From the NCBI GenBank assembly GCA_043228905.1, contig JBHGNT010001015.1, positions 1 to 12,921 of the forward strand: 12,921 bases of DNA, read 5' to 3'. The notes under the pieces are model-generated. The model was not told the origin of the DNA and did not search any database. It worked only from the letters and a program-made list of their open reading frames with translations. Shown here piece after piece: positions 1 to 9,299 of this stretch. Origin of the DNA: Azolla caroliniana (Eukaryota > Plantae > Polypodiophyta). How positions within the stretch are numbered: the first letter of the stretch is position 1; each line of letters opens with the position of its first letter. A program made the position numbers and the translations under genes.

Positions 1-291
1 AAAGACCCCGAGCAAGTAAATTTTATTAAGATGAGGATCCAAGGCATCTGGAATTGTCCCGACCAGGACCAAGAGGTTGGGGCAAAGCATATAAATGAAA
101 CTGAGATGTTTCAGCTGACCTCTAGAGAGCCGATAGAACCTATAGACGAAGGAGGGGACCTTGTCGACCTTGAAGATGCACCAAGGTATGATCAATTACA
201 AGATTCAGTTGAGGAGACAGAACATGTAGATGCAACACAATTGTTAGTTGATCTTGGAGAGCAGCCTATTCCAGACCTCCTAATGGAGTGA
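1..291 (+). other. 3' end of an unidentified reading frame with an acidic C-terminal tail (possibly a DNA-transposon ORF remnant)
   Basis: Frame is open from base 1 (KDPEQVNFIKMRIQGIW...) to TGA at 289-291. It is D/E-rich and followed by T-rich, 3'UTR-like sequence. No domain recognised. Confidence 0.25.
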
Positions 292-1064
292 TTGTATAAT
301 ACTTTGTATTTGTAACTAAAAACTTGTAACCCTAAACTTCTTTTGTCATATAAGATTTTTTTGTTTGAGTACCATTTCTTTACACTATTCGATTGGTGTC
401 TTGAACTTTAAGTGTCTATTATATGTTTGCAAAGGTTGACTCGTAAAGTATGTGGTTAAGTATAATTTTCATTGATAGAAGATGATGAACTATCCCTAGT
501 ATGACAAATGTTGGTTCTAATTGTTTCTTGATTAATATAATTGAATTTAGCTTTATTGTATGATCTATGTTGTCTTTAATCTTGGTTATTGAGTTTCTAA
601 TAAACACAATAATATTAAGTCAACGTTGTTTCTCACTTGATAATACATTCACGTTGTTCATGTATGATTGGGATATAATGTTCATAGTAGTTTTTGGGCA
701 TGTGTGGTATATCGTGAGATATTCATTTCTGAATTTTTTTCAAATTATACCCAAAAATCATATTTACAAATACGATATAACAATCTCTATAAGATTTAGA
801 GACAAATATAGCAACAAAATTGAATTACTAAATTTGTTGTCTTGGATTCGAATTTAACATTGTGTACAATAAAGCATATTACAATTATATCCCCGTAATC
901 TTATCTAAGATTTGGATGAATTTGTATATGAATTGAGAAAATATTGGTTCAATTTGAAATCTTGATAGTATTAATTGTATTTTTGAGTGATATTTTTAAA
1001 AACCGTGTGTGCAATCGTGATAGATTCTTGAAAGTTTGTTCAAAAATGGTAATTCTTAACATCT

Positions 1065-1298
1065 CATGTATTTATCAATAAAGGAATGTGACATATTACC
1101 TGTTTCAAATGACCCAGTGTTTCAATTGCTTTAAAGAATCTTGAACTTCTTAAGGGATCCAATGATCACAAGTCAATGTATGATGACATGATCAAGCGTG
1201 TGGATTTGGATGGTGATGGCCAAGTAAATTTCCCAGAGTTTCAAAAGATGACGGATCTTAGACCGATCGATTTTAGTCCAAGGAGTGAAAGTAGGTGA
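1065..1298 (+). pseudogene. Calmodulin-like (CML) EF-hand gene fragment, C-terminal lobe
   Basis: Frame reads ...ALKNLELLKGSNDHKSMYDDMIKRVDLDGDGQVNFPEFQKMT..., with a canonical 12-residue EF-hand loop DLDGDGQVNFPE at 1203-1238 and a stop at 1296-1298. The upstream partner EF-hand is degenerate with in-frame stops (HVFINKGM*HIT...K*). Absent from the ORF track. Confidence 0.65.
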
Positions 1299-2539
1299 CG
1301 CAATTGATTTTGACGGATCAACTGAAGATCACGATTCTTAGACCCATTTATTTTCATCTTAAGCAATCAAAAGTAGGTGATTTGTGCATGGCTTGATAAA
1401 TTGTAAGGGAAGTGGGTCATGTAGGATAGGGGTTGCCACAAGGTATTGATGCATATTTGTGCATAATAGCTCATTCATTCCCCAGAGGAAAGTCAATTAA
1501 TTACATACATGCATACCCATGTTAAAATACATTTGTACAAACAAGTAATTAGATTATTCCTTGCCATAGGCCTCTAGGTTAATCCAAGTAACTAGATTGT
1601 GATATTTTGGATCAACTTTGCTTAGTTCCATGATGAGGCAAATAGATTTTTTGATGAAATTTACTCATGTGTTCTATTCTATTATGGGGCAAAATGTTTG
1701 TGTATGTATGACATCTCTTTTAACATACATACCAATCATAAATTATTCAAATCCATTGTTGGCTCATAAAATGTATTGGTAAAGTCATAATTCGTGATTG
1801 GTTGTCTCAACGATGAATATGCATGCCTCATGTTGATTAACTAATTATAAGCCCAAACATCTTCATGCCCTTGATGATAAGTTCTTTGCAATATTGAGTC
1901 AATCTAGTTCATGCATTTATTTTTTTGGGCCTGTAGACATCAATCTAAGTTCCACCTATAGATAGATTTCTCAAACTACTCACTTCATGACTAATGCACG
2001 AGAAATAGAAATGGCTCATTATAACTACTGTAATTGTATAGAGTGCATGGAACTTTCCTTGCACAACATTCATGCAAGATAAAACTTGGTTGAATGGAAC
2101 TAATCCGGGGGGAAGTTCATGCAATAGAAGGTATGTTGACGGAACCAACATGCATGAAAGATTATTAAAACTTGATTGAATGGAACCAATTTCATGGGGA
2201 ACTTTTTGCAATAGAAAAAGGCGCATGTCAGTGAAAGGTGCCTAAAAATTTGGAAGTGCAAACTAGAAAGCTCTATATGTTTCTATATATTTAGAAGGGT
2301 ATCTAACCTCGTGAAGCCCTAACCTAACACAATTGATCTACATGATTTGCACCAAATTGGACGTGCAAGCAAAGTGTAAAAGCTATGATCTTGCAATCCA
2401 TGTTTTGTAGCTTCCTTGTTACGAATCCGAGGTTAATCATCCTATTCCAATGAATTCTCATGTCAAGAGCTGTGTTGCAATCTAACGTTGTGGCATCAAT
2501 AATAATTGCTCGCTTCTAGAAATGTTTGGACTCCAGTTA

Positions 2540-2560
2540 CTCTCTCTCTCTCTCTCTCTC
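2540..2560. repeat. (CT)10 microsatellite
   Basis: Direct reading. Confidence 0.95.
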
Positions 2561-2654
2561 GTGATGTTCTATTCATTGCAGATACACATACAATTAATGG
2601 CAATTAATCGACAATATGGACTGAATAACAACCCCCAACACACACAGTATGACT

Positions 2655-2667
2655 AGGCTACCGAAAA
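2655..2667 (+). repeat. Left TSD of the LINE insertion (AGGCTACCGAAAA)
   Basis: 12/13 match to AGGCTACCCAAAA at 10753-10765, just after the LINE poly(A). Lies where the minus-strand ORF2-like frame ends. Confidence 0.75.
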
Positions 2668-2952
2668 AAAATTTCATTTTAGCCTCTTGTTTGCTAAAAA
2701 ATAAGCTTTCATAGGCTCTTGTTCAACTAGTGACTCTAGGAATATAGCACTCCAGTGTAAGCTTTCGAAGCGTAAAGAGTTCCCTGATTCTGAATTCCTC
2801 CCTCTCCATTTTATGTGATGCAATACTTCCTTCCAATGCTATAGAAGCTTTGAGCTAAACGGACATCCTTTGATGTGCCCGTCAAGCTTTCCAAACACTA
2901 CATCCCAATGGTTAGTATCCCATGAGCCAAATGACTCGGTTTTCCAATGATC
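2668..2952 (-). pseudogene. LINE ORF2 post-RT segment, continuing left of the copia insertion
   Basis: Reads DHWKTESFGSWDTNHWDVVFGKLDGHIKGCPFSSKLL*HWKEVLHHIKWRGRNSESGNSLRFESLHWSAIFLESLVEQEPMKAYFLANKRLK. Joins the 5767+ segment once the copia and one TGATC copy are removed. Confidence 0.7.
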
Positions 2953-3550
2953 TGTTAGGATTTTGGTCCCTCCGGATGGGATATGAGTACTCGGCAAGGA
3001 AGACCCGGTGAGAACCAGATGATGAGTACCCGGCAAGGAAGACCTGGTGAGAACCGGATGATGCAAGCCTGGTGAGAACCTCTCACTAGATGAAGGGACA
3101 TATAGGTAAATATGTTTCTGAGAGCCCATTGGGGCTATATTTGTAAATAGTCCTAATGTCATATTAATATAAATATGACCTAGGGCAAACACATATGGTG
3201 TGTTGTCATTATTTGTTGTATAGAGTTATTGAGTGTAACTATTGTACAGAGTGAGAGAGAGATACAGAGCGAGTCTCTGTTGTAACCGCCGCCAGGCAAA
3301 GATTGTGAGCAAGAGGTTGTTGCCTCTGTGTTCACCTGTTGTATTCCTCTCGACATAGTGATAGTTGGAGTTTGTGGACTCCCGTGGTTTTTCCCATTTA
3401 GGGTTTTCCACGTAAACATATTGTGTACCGTCTCTCATATTGTCTGTGTGTACGTGTAGTCACCTCGATTCCCATTCTCGGTGTTCGATTCGAAACGACA
3501 CGGTCTAAGACTCGGTTGTGGCTGAGTAATATTCCACATATTTTGTGTCA
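2953..3550 (+). repeat. 5' LTR of copia element (598 bp)
   Basis: TGTTAGGATT...TTTGTGTCA. My manual alignment to the 3' LTR gives about 28 substitutions in ~520 non-array positions (~95% identity). Confidence 0.96.
2983..3060 (+). repeat. 39-bp U3 tandem repeat, 2 copies
   Basis: Unit consensus ATGAGTACCCGGCAAGGAAGACCCGGTGAGAACCGGATG at 2983-3021 and 3022-3060. Confidence 0.95.
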
Positions 3551-3553
3551 ATT

Positions 3554-3565
3554 TGGTATCAAAGC
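3554..3565 (+). promoter_or_regulatory. Primer-binding site (initiator tRNA-Met type)
   Basis: TGGTATCAAAGC, one mismatch from the canonical TGGTATCAGAGC, 3 nt after the 5' LTR. Confidence 0.9.
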
Positions 3566-3580
3566 GAAACGACACAGAAA

Positions 3581-3697
3581 ATAGAAGATTCGTTGGGAGG
3601 CATGTTCAAGCTCACCGGCTCCAACTGCTCAGTGTGGAAGTCGAAGATGAGGGACATGCTCGTGGTTAAAGATCTTTGGTTGCCGGTTCAGTTCAGG
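3581..3697 (+). pseudogene. gag: Copia gag N-terminal stub
   Basis: (I/M)EDSLGGMFKLTGSNCSVWKSKMRDMLVVKDLWLPVQF matches the copia Gag N-terminal pattern KLxGxNYxxWKxxMxxxL. Confidence 0.8.
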
Positions 3698-5060
3698 GGA
3701 CGTTGGAAATCCACCAAGGTATAAGGCTCGAATCGTGGTGAAGGGCTTCCAACAGAAGAAAGGAGTGGACTTCGAATGACTTTTATCCGGACGGTACTGA
3801 GCATAGCGGCAAGCATGGATCTCAAGGTAGAGCAGTTAGACGTGAAGACAGCATTCCTTCACGGTGACCTTCAAGAGGAGATCTACATGCAGCAACCGGA
3901 AGGATTTGTGAAGAAAGGGAAGGAGCACCTGGTTTGTCAATTGAAGAAAAGCCTATACGGACTAAAGCAGGTTCCCCGGCAATGGTACCAGAAGTTCGAC
4001 TCCTTCATGACGGATCAAGGATACCACAAGACGCAGGCCGATCGCGTGTTTGTGAAGAAGTATGAAGGTGGAGACTTCTTGATACTCCTCCTATACGTGG
4101 ACGACATGTTGATCGTCGGACGAGACCAAGTCAGGATACGGATGTTGAAGAAGGCCCTTAACCGGACCTTCTCAATGAAAGACTTGGGTCCGGCAAGATA
4201 GATACTAGGGATGCACATCATCCGGAACTGGTCGAAGAAGCAATTGTGGTTGTCACAGGAAAAGTATGTGACAAAGGTGCTTCAACGGTTTAACATGTTA
4301 GAAGCAAAACCGGCCGGATCGACACTCCCGGAAAACTGCAGATTATCCGGTAAGCAAAGCCTGAAGACGAAGGCAGAGAAGGTAGATATGATGAAGATAC
4401 CATATGCCTCTGCCGTCGGGAGCTTAATGTACACAATGGTGTGTACCCGACCGGATACGATACGTAGTAGGAATGGTGAGCCCGTTCATGAGCAATCCCG
4501 GCAGAGAGCACTGGAACGCAGTGACGTGGATACTCCGGTACTTGAAAGGCACCTCAAGTATGTGCCTCTGATTCGACTCCGGTAAACCTCAACTTGATGG
4601 TTTCACAGATTCGGATATGTCGGCTGATGCGGACACCAGTCGGTCAACTTCCGGATATGTCATGACCTATGCAAGGGGAGCTGTTTCGTGCTAGTTGAGG
4701 CTGCAAAAGACGATTGCGTTGTCAACCACGTAGGCGGAGTACATGGCAGTCGTGGAAGCCGGCAAGGAAATATTATGGATGAAGGACTTCATCGGAGAGC
4801 AAGGGATCCGGCAAGAGGAATACCGGCTCTATTGCGCTAGTCAAAGTGCCATCCACCTTGCAAAGAACATGGCATACCATTCCAGAACGAAGCACATCTA
4901 GCGCATGTACCACTGGATCCGGGAGCGAGTAGAAGATCGAGAGTTTGTGTTGACGAAGATCCACATGGAAGAGAACGGGTCGGATATGCTAACCAAGGTA
5001 CTGACACCCAACAAGTTGGACATGCCGGAAGCGGATCGGGCTGACGAGGCATCCCATGCC
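3698..5060 (+). pseudogene. pol: Copia pol remnant: reverse transcriptase (RVT_2) and RNase H
   Basis: Motifs RYKARIVVKGFQQKKGVDF, QLDVKTAFLHG, LKKSLYGLKQ, LLLYVDDML, PYASAVGSLMY, GFTDSD, RSTSGYV, ALSTT*AEY, HSRTKHI, DMLTK. Several stops and frameshifts. Confidence 0.95.
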
Positions 5061-5075
5061 GAAGTGAAGGGGGAG
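5061..5075 (+). promoter_or_regulatory. Polypurine tract
   Basis: GAAGTGAAGGGGGAG, 2 nt before the 3' LTR. Confidence 0.9.
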
Positions 5076-5077
5076 TT

Positions 5078-5761
5078 TGTTAGGATTTCGGTCCTTCCGG
5101 ATGGGATATGAGTACCCAGCAAGGAAGACTCGGTGAGAACCGGATGATGAGTACCTAGCAAGGAAGACCCGGTGAGAACCGGATGATGAGTACCCGACAA
5201 GGAAGACCTGGTGAGAACCGGATGATGAGAACCCGGCAAGGAAGACCCAGTGACAACCGGATGATGCAGGCCCGGTGAGAAACTCTCACCGGATGAAGGG
5301 ACATATAGGTAAATATGTTTTTGAGAGCCCATTGGGGCTATATATGTAAATAGTCCTAATGTCATATTAGTATAAATATGACCTAGGGCAAACACATATG
5401 GTGTGTTGTCATTATTTGTTGTATAGAGTTATTGAGTGTAACTGTTGTACAGAGTGAAAGAGAGAGAGAGAGATACAGAGCGAGTCTCTGTTGTAACCGT
5501 CGCCAGGCAAAGATTGTGAGCAAGAGGTTGTTGCCTCTGTGTTCACATGTTGTATTCTTCTCGACATAGTGATAGTTGGAGTTTGTGGACTCCCGTGGTT
5601 TTTCCCATTTAGGTTTTTCCACGTAAACATACTGTGTACCCTCTCTCATATTGTTTGTGTGTACGTGTATTCACCTCCATTCCCATTCTGGGTGTTCGAT
5701 TCAAAACAACACGATCTGAGACTCGGTTGTGGCTGAGTAATATTCCGCATATTTCGCGTCA
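5078..5761 (+). repeat. 3' LTR of copia element (684 bp)
   Basis: TGTTAGGATT...TTCGCGTCA. It is 86 bp longer than the 5' LTR: two extra 39-bp units plus 8 bp in an AG microsatellite. Confidence 0.96.
5108..5263 (+). repeat. 39-bp U3 tandem repeat, 4 copies
   Basis: Units at 5108-5146, 5147-5185, 5186-5224 and 5225-5263. Confidence 0.95.
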
Positions 5762-5766
5762 TGATC

Positions 5767-7415
5767 AAACATATCAAATAGCATTCTTGCCCAAGGCAAT
5801 GTTTGTCAAAAAAAATTGGCAATAAAGTAGCTTTTCTGGCCAACATATGCAAATGCAATTTAAGAATATTTAGCCCTCCACTCAATCGTGGAGTGCATAT
5901 CTTCTCTAGGGATAGGAGTCATATACCTCTATGCGAGTACTTAGAGCACCAAACGTTGCTTATAATTTCTGAGTTAATCTTTTGTATCATGTGTTTCGGC
6001 CAATCAATCATAATTAAGTAATATTGCATGTAAGCCATGAATATAGATTGCACTATATGCAATCTGACATGGAGTGGCCATGTTGCAATCTTCTAATAGC
6101 TTAACTTTTGTCTCACTTTTTGCAGAACCCATTCAACCTTTCTTTTCCCTGTTGCATTCCATCCCAATGGATAGCCAAGATGTCTAACCATTTCATTTGG
6201 GCTAACAACTTGACCTGGCCACAAAAGCTGATGCCAACTATATGGTGTCAAGGGTAGACATTTGGACCTGTTGAAGTTAACATGCAATCTAGCAACTAAT
6301 CCATACAATTTGAGGGCATCCATAATCACCCTCATATCATTTGGATTGTTTTGTGACAGGAATGATGTATCATATGCATATGCCTGAGCCACGAAATCAT
6401 GTTCGCCTTTCATTTGCAAACCGCAAAGTTGACCAATTAATATTAGATGATCCATGTACAATATAGTAGATGAGTTGCCATTGCATACAACAATGCACTT
6501 ATAGGACAATCTTGTAGTACTGATTTGGCTAAGCTCCATGAATTTGTCAATTCACCCTCAATAATGCATGAAGATGTGCTAGACCTATAAAGCCAATAGA
6601 TTACTTGAGACATTTTCGGACCAAATCCTAGTTTGACCATTGTGGCTACCACAAAATCCCATTGGATGGTGTCAAAGGCCTTTTCAATGTCAATTTGCAT
6701 GAGCAATACATCTTGTTTGGTGAATTTGGCATCCTCCATTCCAATATAGGCATTAGAAATATTATCTATAATTTGCCTTCAGGAATGAACCCGTACTAGT
6801 TTATGTGGATGTCTCCCAACAAAGTGCCCTTAATACGATTAGCAATTACCTTTGCAATAATTTTATAGATCACTGGCATGAGAGTGATTGGTCGCCAATG
6901 CAAAAAAGATTCACACAATGTTTTCTTGGGTATTAATTTGATCAAACCTTCTTTCCATGAGATCGGCATATCCCATTGTTGCCAAGCATTATTTGCCATA
7001 GATAGGATTAAATCCTTAAGGACATCCCAAAATTTTGCAATGAACCCTAACGTAATACCATCCCAACCAAGCGCTTTGCCTTTCCTGAGGCCCTTCTGAG
7101 CCTCCAAAAGCTCCTCCATTGTGAATGTTGCATCCAAAGCAATAGCTTTATGAACAAAAATAGTGGCTTGAACTAGTGACAAGAATGTATCTCTGGCCTG
7201 TTTAACTACATCTGTAACAACTACATTGTTCTCAAAGATGTGAGAGAAGTGAGTTACACATTCTTTGGCTAGTTCAAGTCGGTTTGTAGTCCACAAACCC
7301 TCATTAGTTTTGATGAATTTAATGGATTCCTTTTGGCGTATTAAATGCAACCTTTTGAAGAAGGATTTAGAAGAGCATCCTGTGTCTTTCAATGGAACTG
7401 TCTTGACCTAACTTG
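5767..7415 (-). pseudogene. LINE ORF2 reverse transcriptase region (frameshifted)
   Basis: Motifs KGKALGWDG, LIPKK, WRPITLM, YKIIAK, DIEKAFD, LQDCPISALLY, AYAYDT (decayed YADD), VNFNRSK, RHLGYPLG and downstream ICTPRLSGGLNI. Spread over ORFs 6796-7392, 6443-6739, 6093-6539 and 5646-5885. Confidence 0.93.
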
Positions 7416-7637
7416 TGTCAGGAATAGTACTGAGACAGAGAAGAAATTAGTACTAAGAGGAATAGAGGGTGTCGAACACTCAAGAGAAGGAGAGAGAGAG
7501 GGAGGGAGGGAGAGAGAGATCGAGGGAGAGAAAATGATGATGACAACGATATATTATGTGAGAAGAATATACAAGGAAGGCTAGGGGGCTTAAGACTGGC
7601 GTTGAACCGATTTGGTTCGAAATAATGCCTTGTGCCT

Positions 7638-7647
7638 CCTTTTATAG
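7638..7647 (-). promoter_or_regulatory. TATA box of the solo LTR
   Basis: CTATAAAAGG on the minus strand, followed downstream by a CT-rich tract (AG-rich 7484-7530 on plus). Confidence 0.6.
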
Positions 7648-7666
7648 TGTTCTTAGGAGTAGTCCT

Positions 7667-7699
7667 GAAGCTTTTAGAATGTTCCAGAGAAATCTGGAA
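7667..7699. promoter_or_regulatory. Heat-shock-element-like array
   Basis: GAAgcTTTtaGAAtgTTCcaGAGaaATCtgGAA: seven alternating GAA/TTC units in exact 5-bp phase (4 perfect, 3 with one mismatch), 20-52 bp upstream of the minus-strand TATA box. Confidence 0.6.
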
Positions 7700-7757
7700 T
7701 ATATTGTCATTAATTTTCTATAGTAAAACTTAAATAAAAATAATATTCTACGTATTA

Positions 7758-7830
7758 CAATAGATAGTGTAATGGTCAAGAGCTCGACCCATGTAATATA
7801 AGGTCATGGGTTTGAGTCTTGCCATATCAT
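7758..7830 (+). other. Decayed tRNA-like module (Pol III A and B boxes) inside the solo LTR
   Basis: A-box-like TAGTGTAATGG at 7765-7775 and B-box-like GGTTTGAGTCT at 7809-7819, with starts 44 nt apart as in tRNA positions 8 and 52. Also AGAGC after the D-loop, AGGTC variable loop and a T-arm ATGGG-TTTGAGT-CTTGC. Acceptor and anticodon stems do not pair, so it is not a functional tRNA. Confidence 0.6.
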
Positions 7831-7839
7831 GACAACTTG

Positions 7840-9091
7840 CCATTTTTCCAATTTATTTTTGTCATGTAGCATCAATGTGTGTTTGGCCATACATAATGCA
7901 TCGTCTTTATGTAAAGTCAAAGATCTTCTATGTGCTAACTCCGTTAGGGCTTGACAAGTAAATTTGGCTTGTTGAGTGTAATATGTCTGTCTTGAGACAT
8001 ACCACTTCCCATACTCTTGTATTATTGTTTGTAATCTATGTACAAAATGTACCCACGCTATATCAACATCTATGTTGACTTCTACATAAAGAGGAGATAT
8101 TATGTCATAGACCATCATCTTGAAGACTTCATGCTTGAGGTTGTTGTTGTTAATGACCATAAGTCTCTTTCTTTGGAGATGCACTTCATAGTAATGATTC
8201 CCAAAATGAAGGTCTAGCCAGACAGGAGCATGATCTGACAACTGCAAAGCATGATCTATATGCATTGTACATGATCTATGTTGACTTCTACATAAAGAGG
8301 AGGTATTATGTCATAGACCATCATCTTGAAGACTTCATGCTTGAGGTTGTTGTTGTTAATGACCATAAGTCTCTTTCTTTGGAGATGCACTTCATAGTAA
8401 TGATTCCCAAAATGAAGGTCTAGCCAGACAGGAGCATGATCTGACAACTGCAAAGCATGATCTATATGCATTGTACAAGTGAAATTTTAATACCGACTAG
8501 CATGCAACAAATACCATCTATCAAGCCTTGCATAGTATGCAGAGTAGGTGGTGTGATTAAAGGTAAAACCAAGAACATGTGGGTGTGTCATTTGCCATAA
8601 ATCAACCCAATCCAATGAGTTTTGCATATTATACCATTGACCTTGTTCACTAGTGTTATCACCTGCATTTGGAGAGTTGTTGAAATCTCCACATATAAAT
8701 GCATTTTGTGACCATGGATAAGCACACATGTCTTGCCAAAGTAAAGCTCTGTGCCTTGAGGCATTCGGGGCATTCCAACAAAATCATACGTCTCACCATT
8801 TATCATGCATTGTACAACCATCCACCTCCCACTTTGATCATTATAGGCAACCATAGGATTTAGCTCATGTTTTATGATCATAAGCACTCCAGATGTTGTA
8901 CCTTGACCTGCATAGAAGATGTCAAAACCTCCAAATGAACCAACTTGACCATTGAATTCAACTTGTTTATGTTCTTGAACACAAATTACATCTGCTTGAG
9001 AAGAGGTAATATAGTTCTAAAATAGTTTCCATTTACTAGGGTTACAAAGACCCCGTATATTGAAGGAGACACATTTTACTTGTTTATGCAT
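7840..9091 (-). pseudogene. LINE ORF2 N-terminus: APE-type endonuclease and linker
   Basis: ATG at 9091. Motifs SFNIRGL, DVICVQEHK, SGVLMII, SGRWMVV, ICGDFN, DLWQ, FTF, ARLDRWY, LSDHAPV. Stops and frameshifts present. Confidence 0.92.
8068..8477. repeat. 204-bp tandem duplication (8068-8271 and 8274-8477)
   Basis: Copies differ at one position (GAGGAGATAT vs GAGGAGGTAT) and are separated by a 2-nt spacer TG. Explains the twin ORFs starting MHIDHALQLSDHAPVW. Confidence 0.95.
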
Positions 9092-9299
9092 GATTAATAT
9101 GGTTGAAGATATCAAACAAAGCAAAATACTAATCTGATTGCATATTAGTATCACCACCATGCTTATTTGCATAAATACTAATATCTGAATTTGATCCATC
9201 TTTGTAAATGTCCACATATGAACCTCTGCTCACCCTTTCCAAGCTTTTGAGATTGAAGAGAGCATTGAAGCATTAACCTGTAAAAATGAACCTTGATTC

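Larger units (their letters stand above)
2953..5761 (+). mobile_element. Ty1/copia LTR retrotransposon (Tnt1/Tork-like), internally deleted and non-autonomous
   Basis: TG...CA termini, 5-bp TSD TGATC at 2948-2952 and 5762-5766, two LTRs, PBS, PPT, gag stub, and RT-RNase H remnants with stops and frameshifts. Confidence 0.97.
7416..7834 (-). mobile_element. Solo LTR (419 bp) inserted in LINE ORF2
   Basis: TGTCAGGA...TCATGACA termini (7/8 inverted match) and a perfect 5-bp TSD ACTTG at 7411-7415 and 7835-7839. Removing it restores the L1 linker KWQVRSRQF..LKDTGCSSKSFF, with a 1-nt frameshift. Minus orientation is inferred from the TATA box and downstream CT-rich tract. Confidence 0.88.

Noticed and set aside
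419-857. Hydrophobic ORFs 419-607 and 567-857
   Set aside because: Ile/Phe/Leu/Asn/Lys bias reflects very AT-rich non-coding DNA, with no recognisable motif.
5108-5263. Regularly spaced repeats resembling a CRISPR array
   Set aside because: Units are contiguous with no unique spacers, lie inside an LTR in eukaryotic DNA, and no cas genes are present.
4898-5395. 165-aa antisense ORF with 13-aa peptide repeats (and its 117-aa twin at 2839-3192)
   Set aside because: It is the reverse reading of the LTR 39-bp array, whose length is divisible by 3. It crosses element boundaries and shows no coding signature.
7345-7584. 79-aa ORF with an REGEREGGRERE stretch
   Set aside because: Translation of the solo LTR's AG-rich tract, spanning the insertion boundary.
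7758-7830. Functional tRNA-Thr(TGT) gene
   Set aside because: Acceptor and anticodon stems do not pair, the T-loop reads TTT rather than TTC, and there is no oligo-T terminator directly after it. Kept only as a tRNA-derived module.
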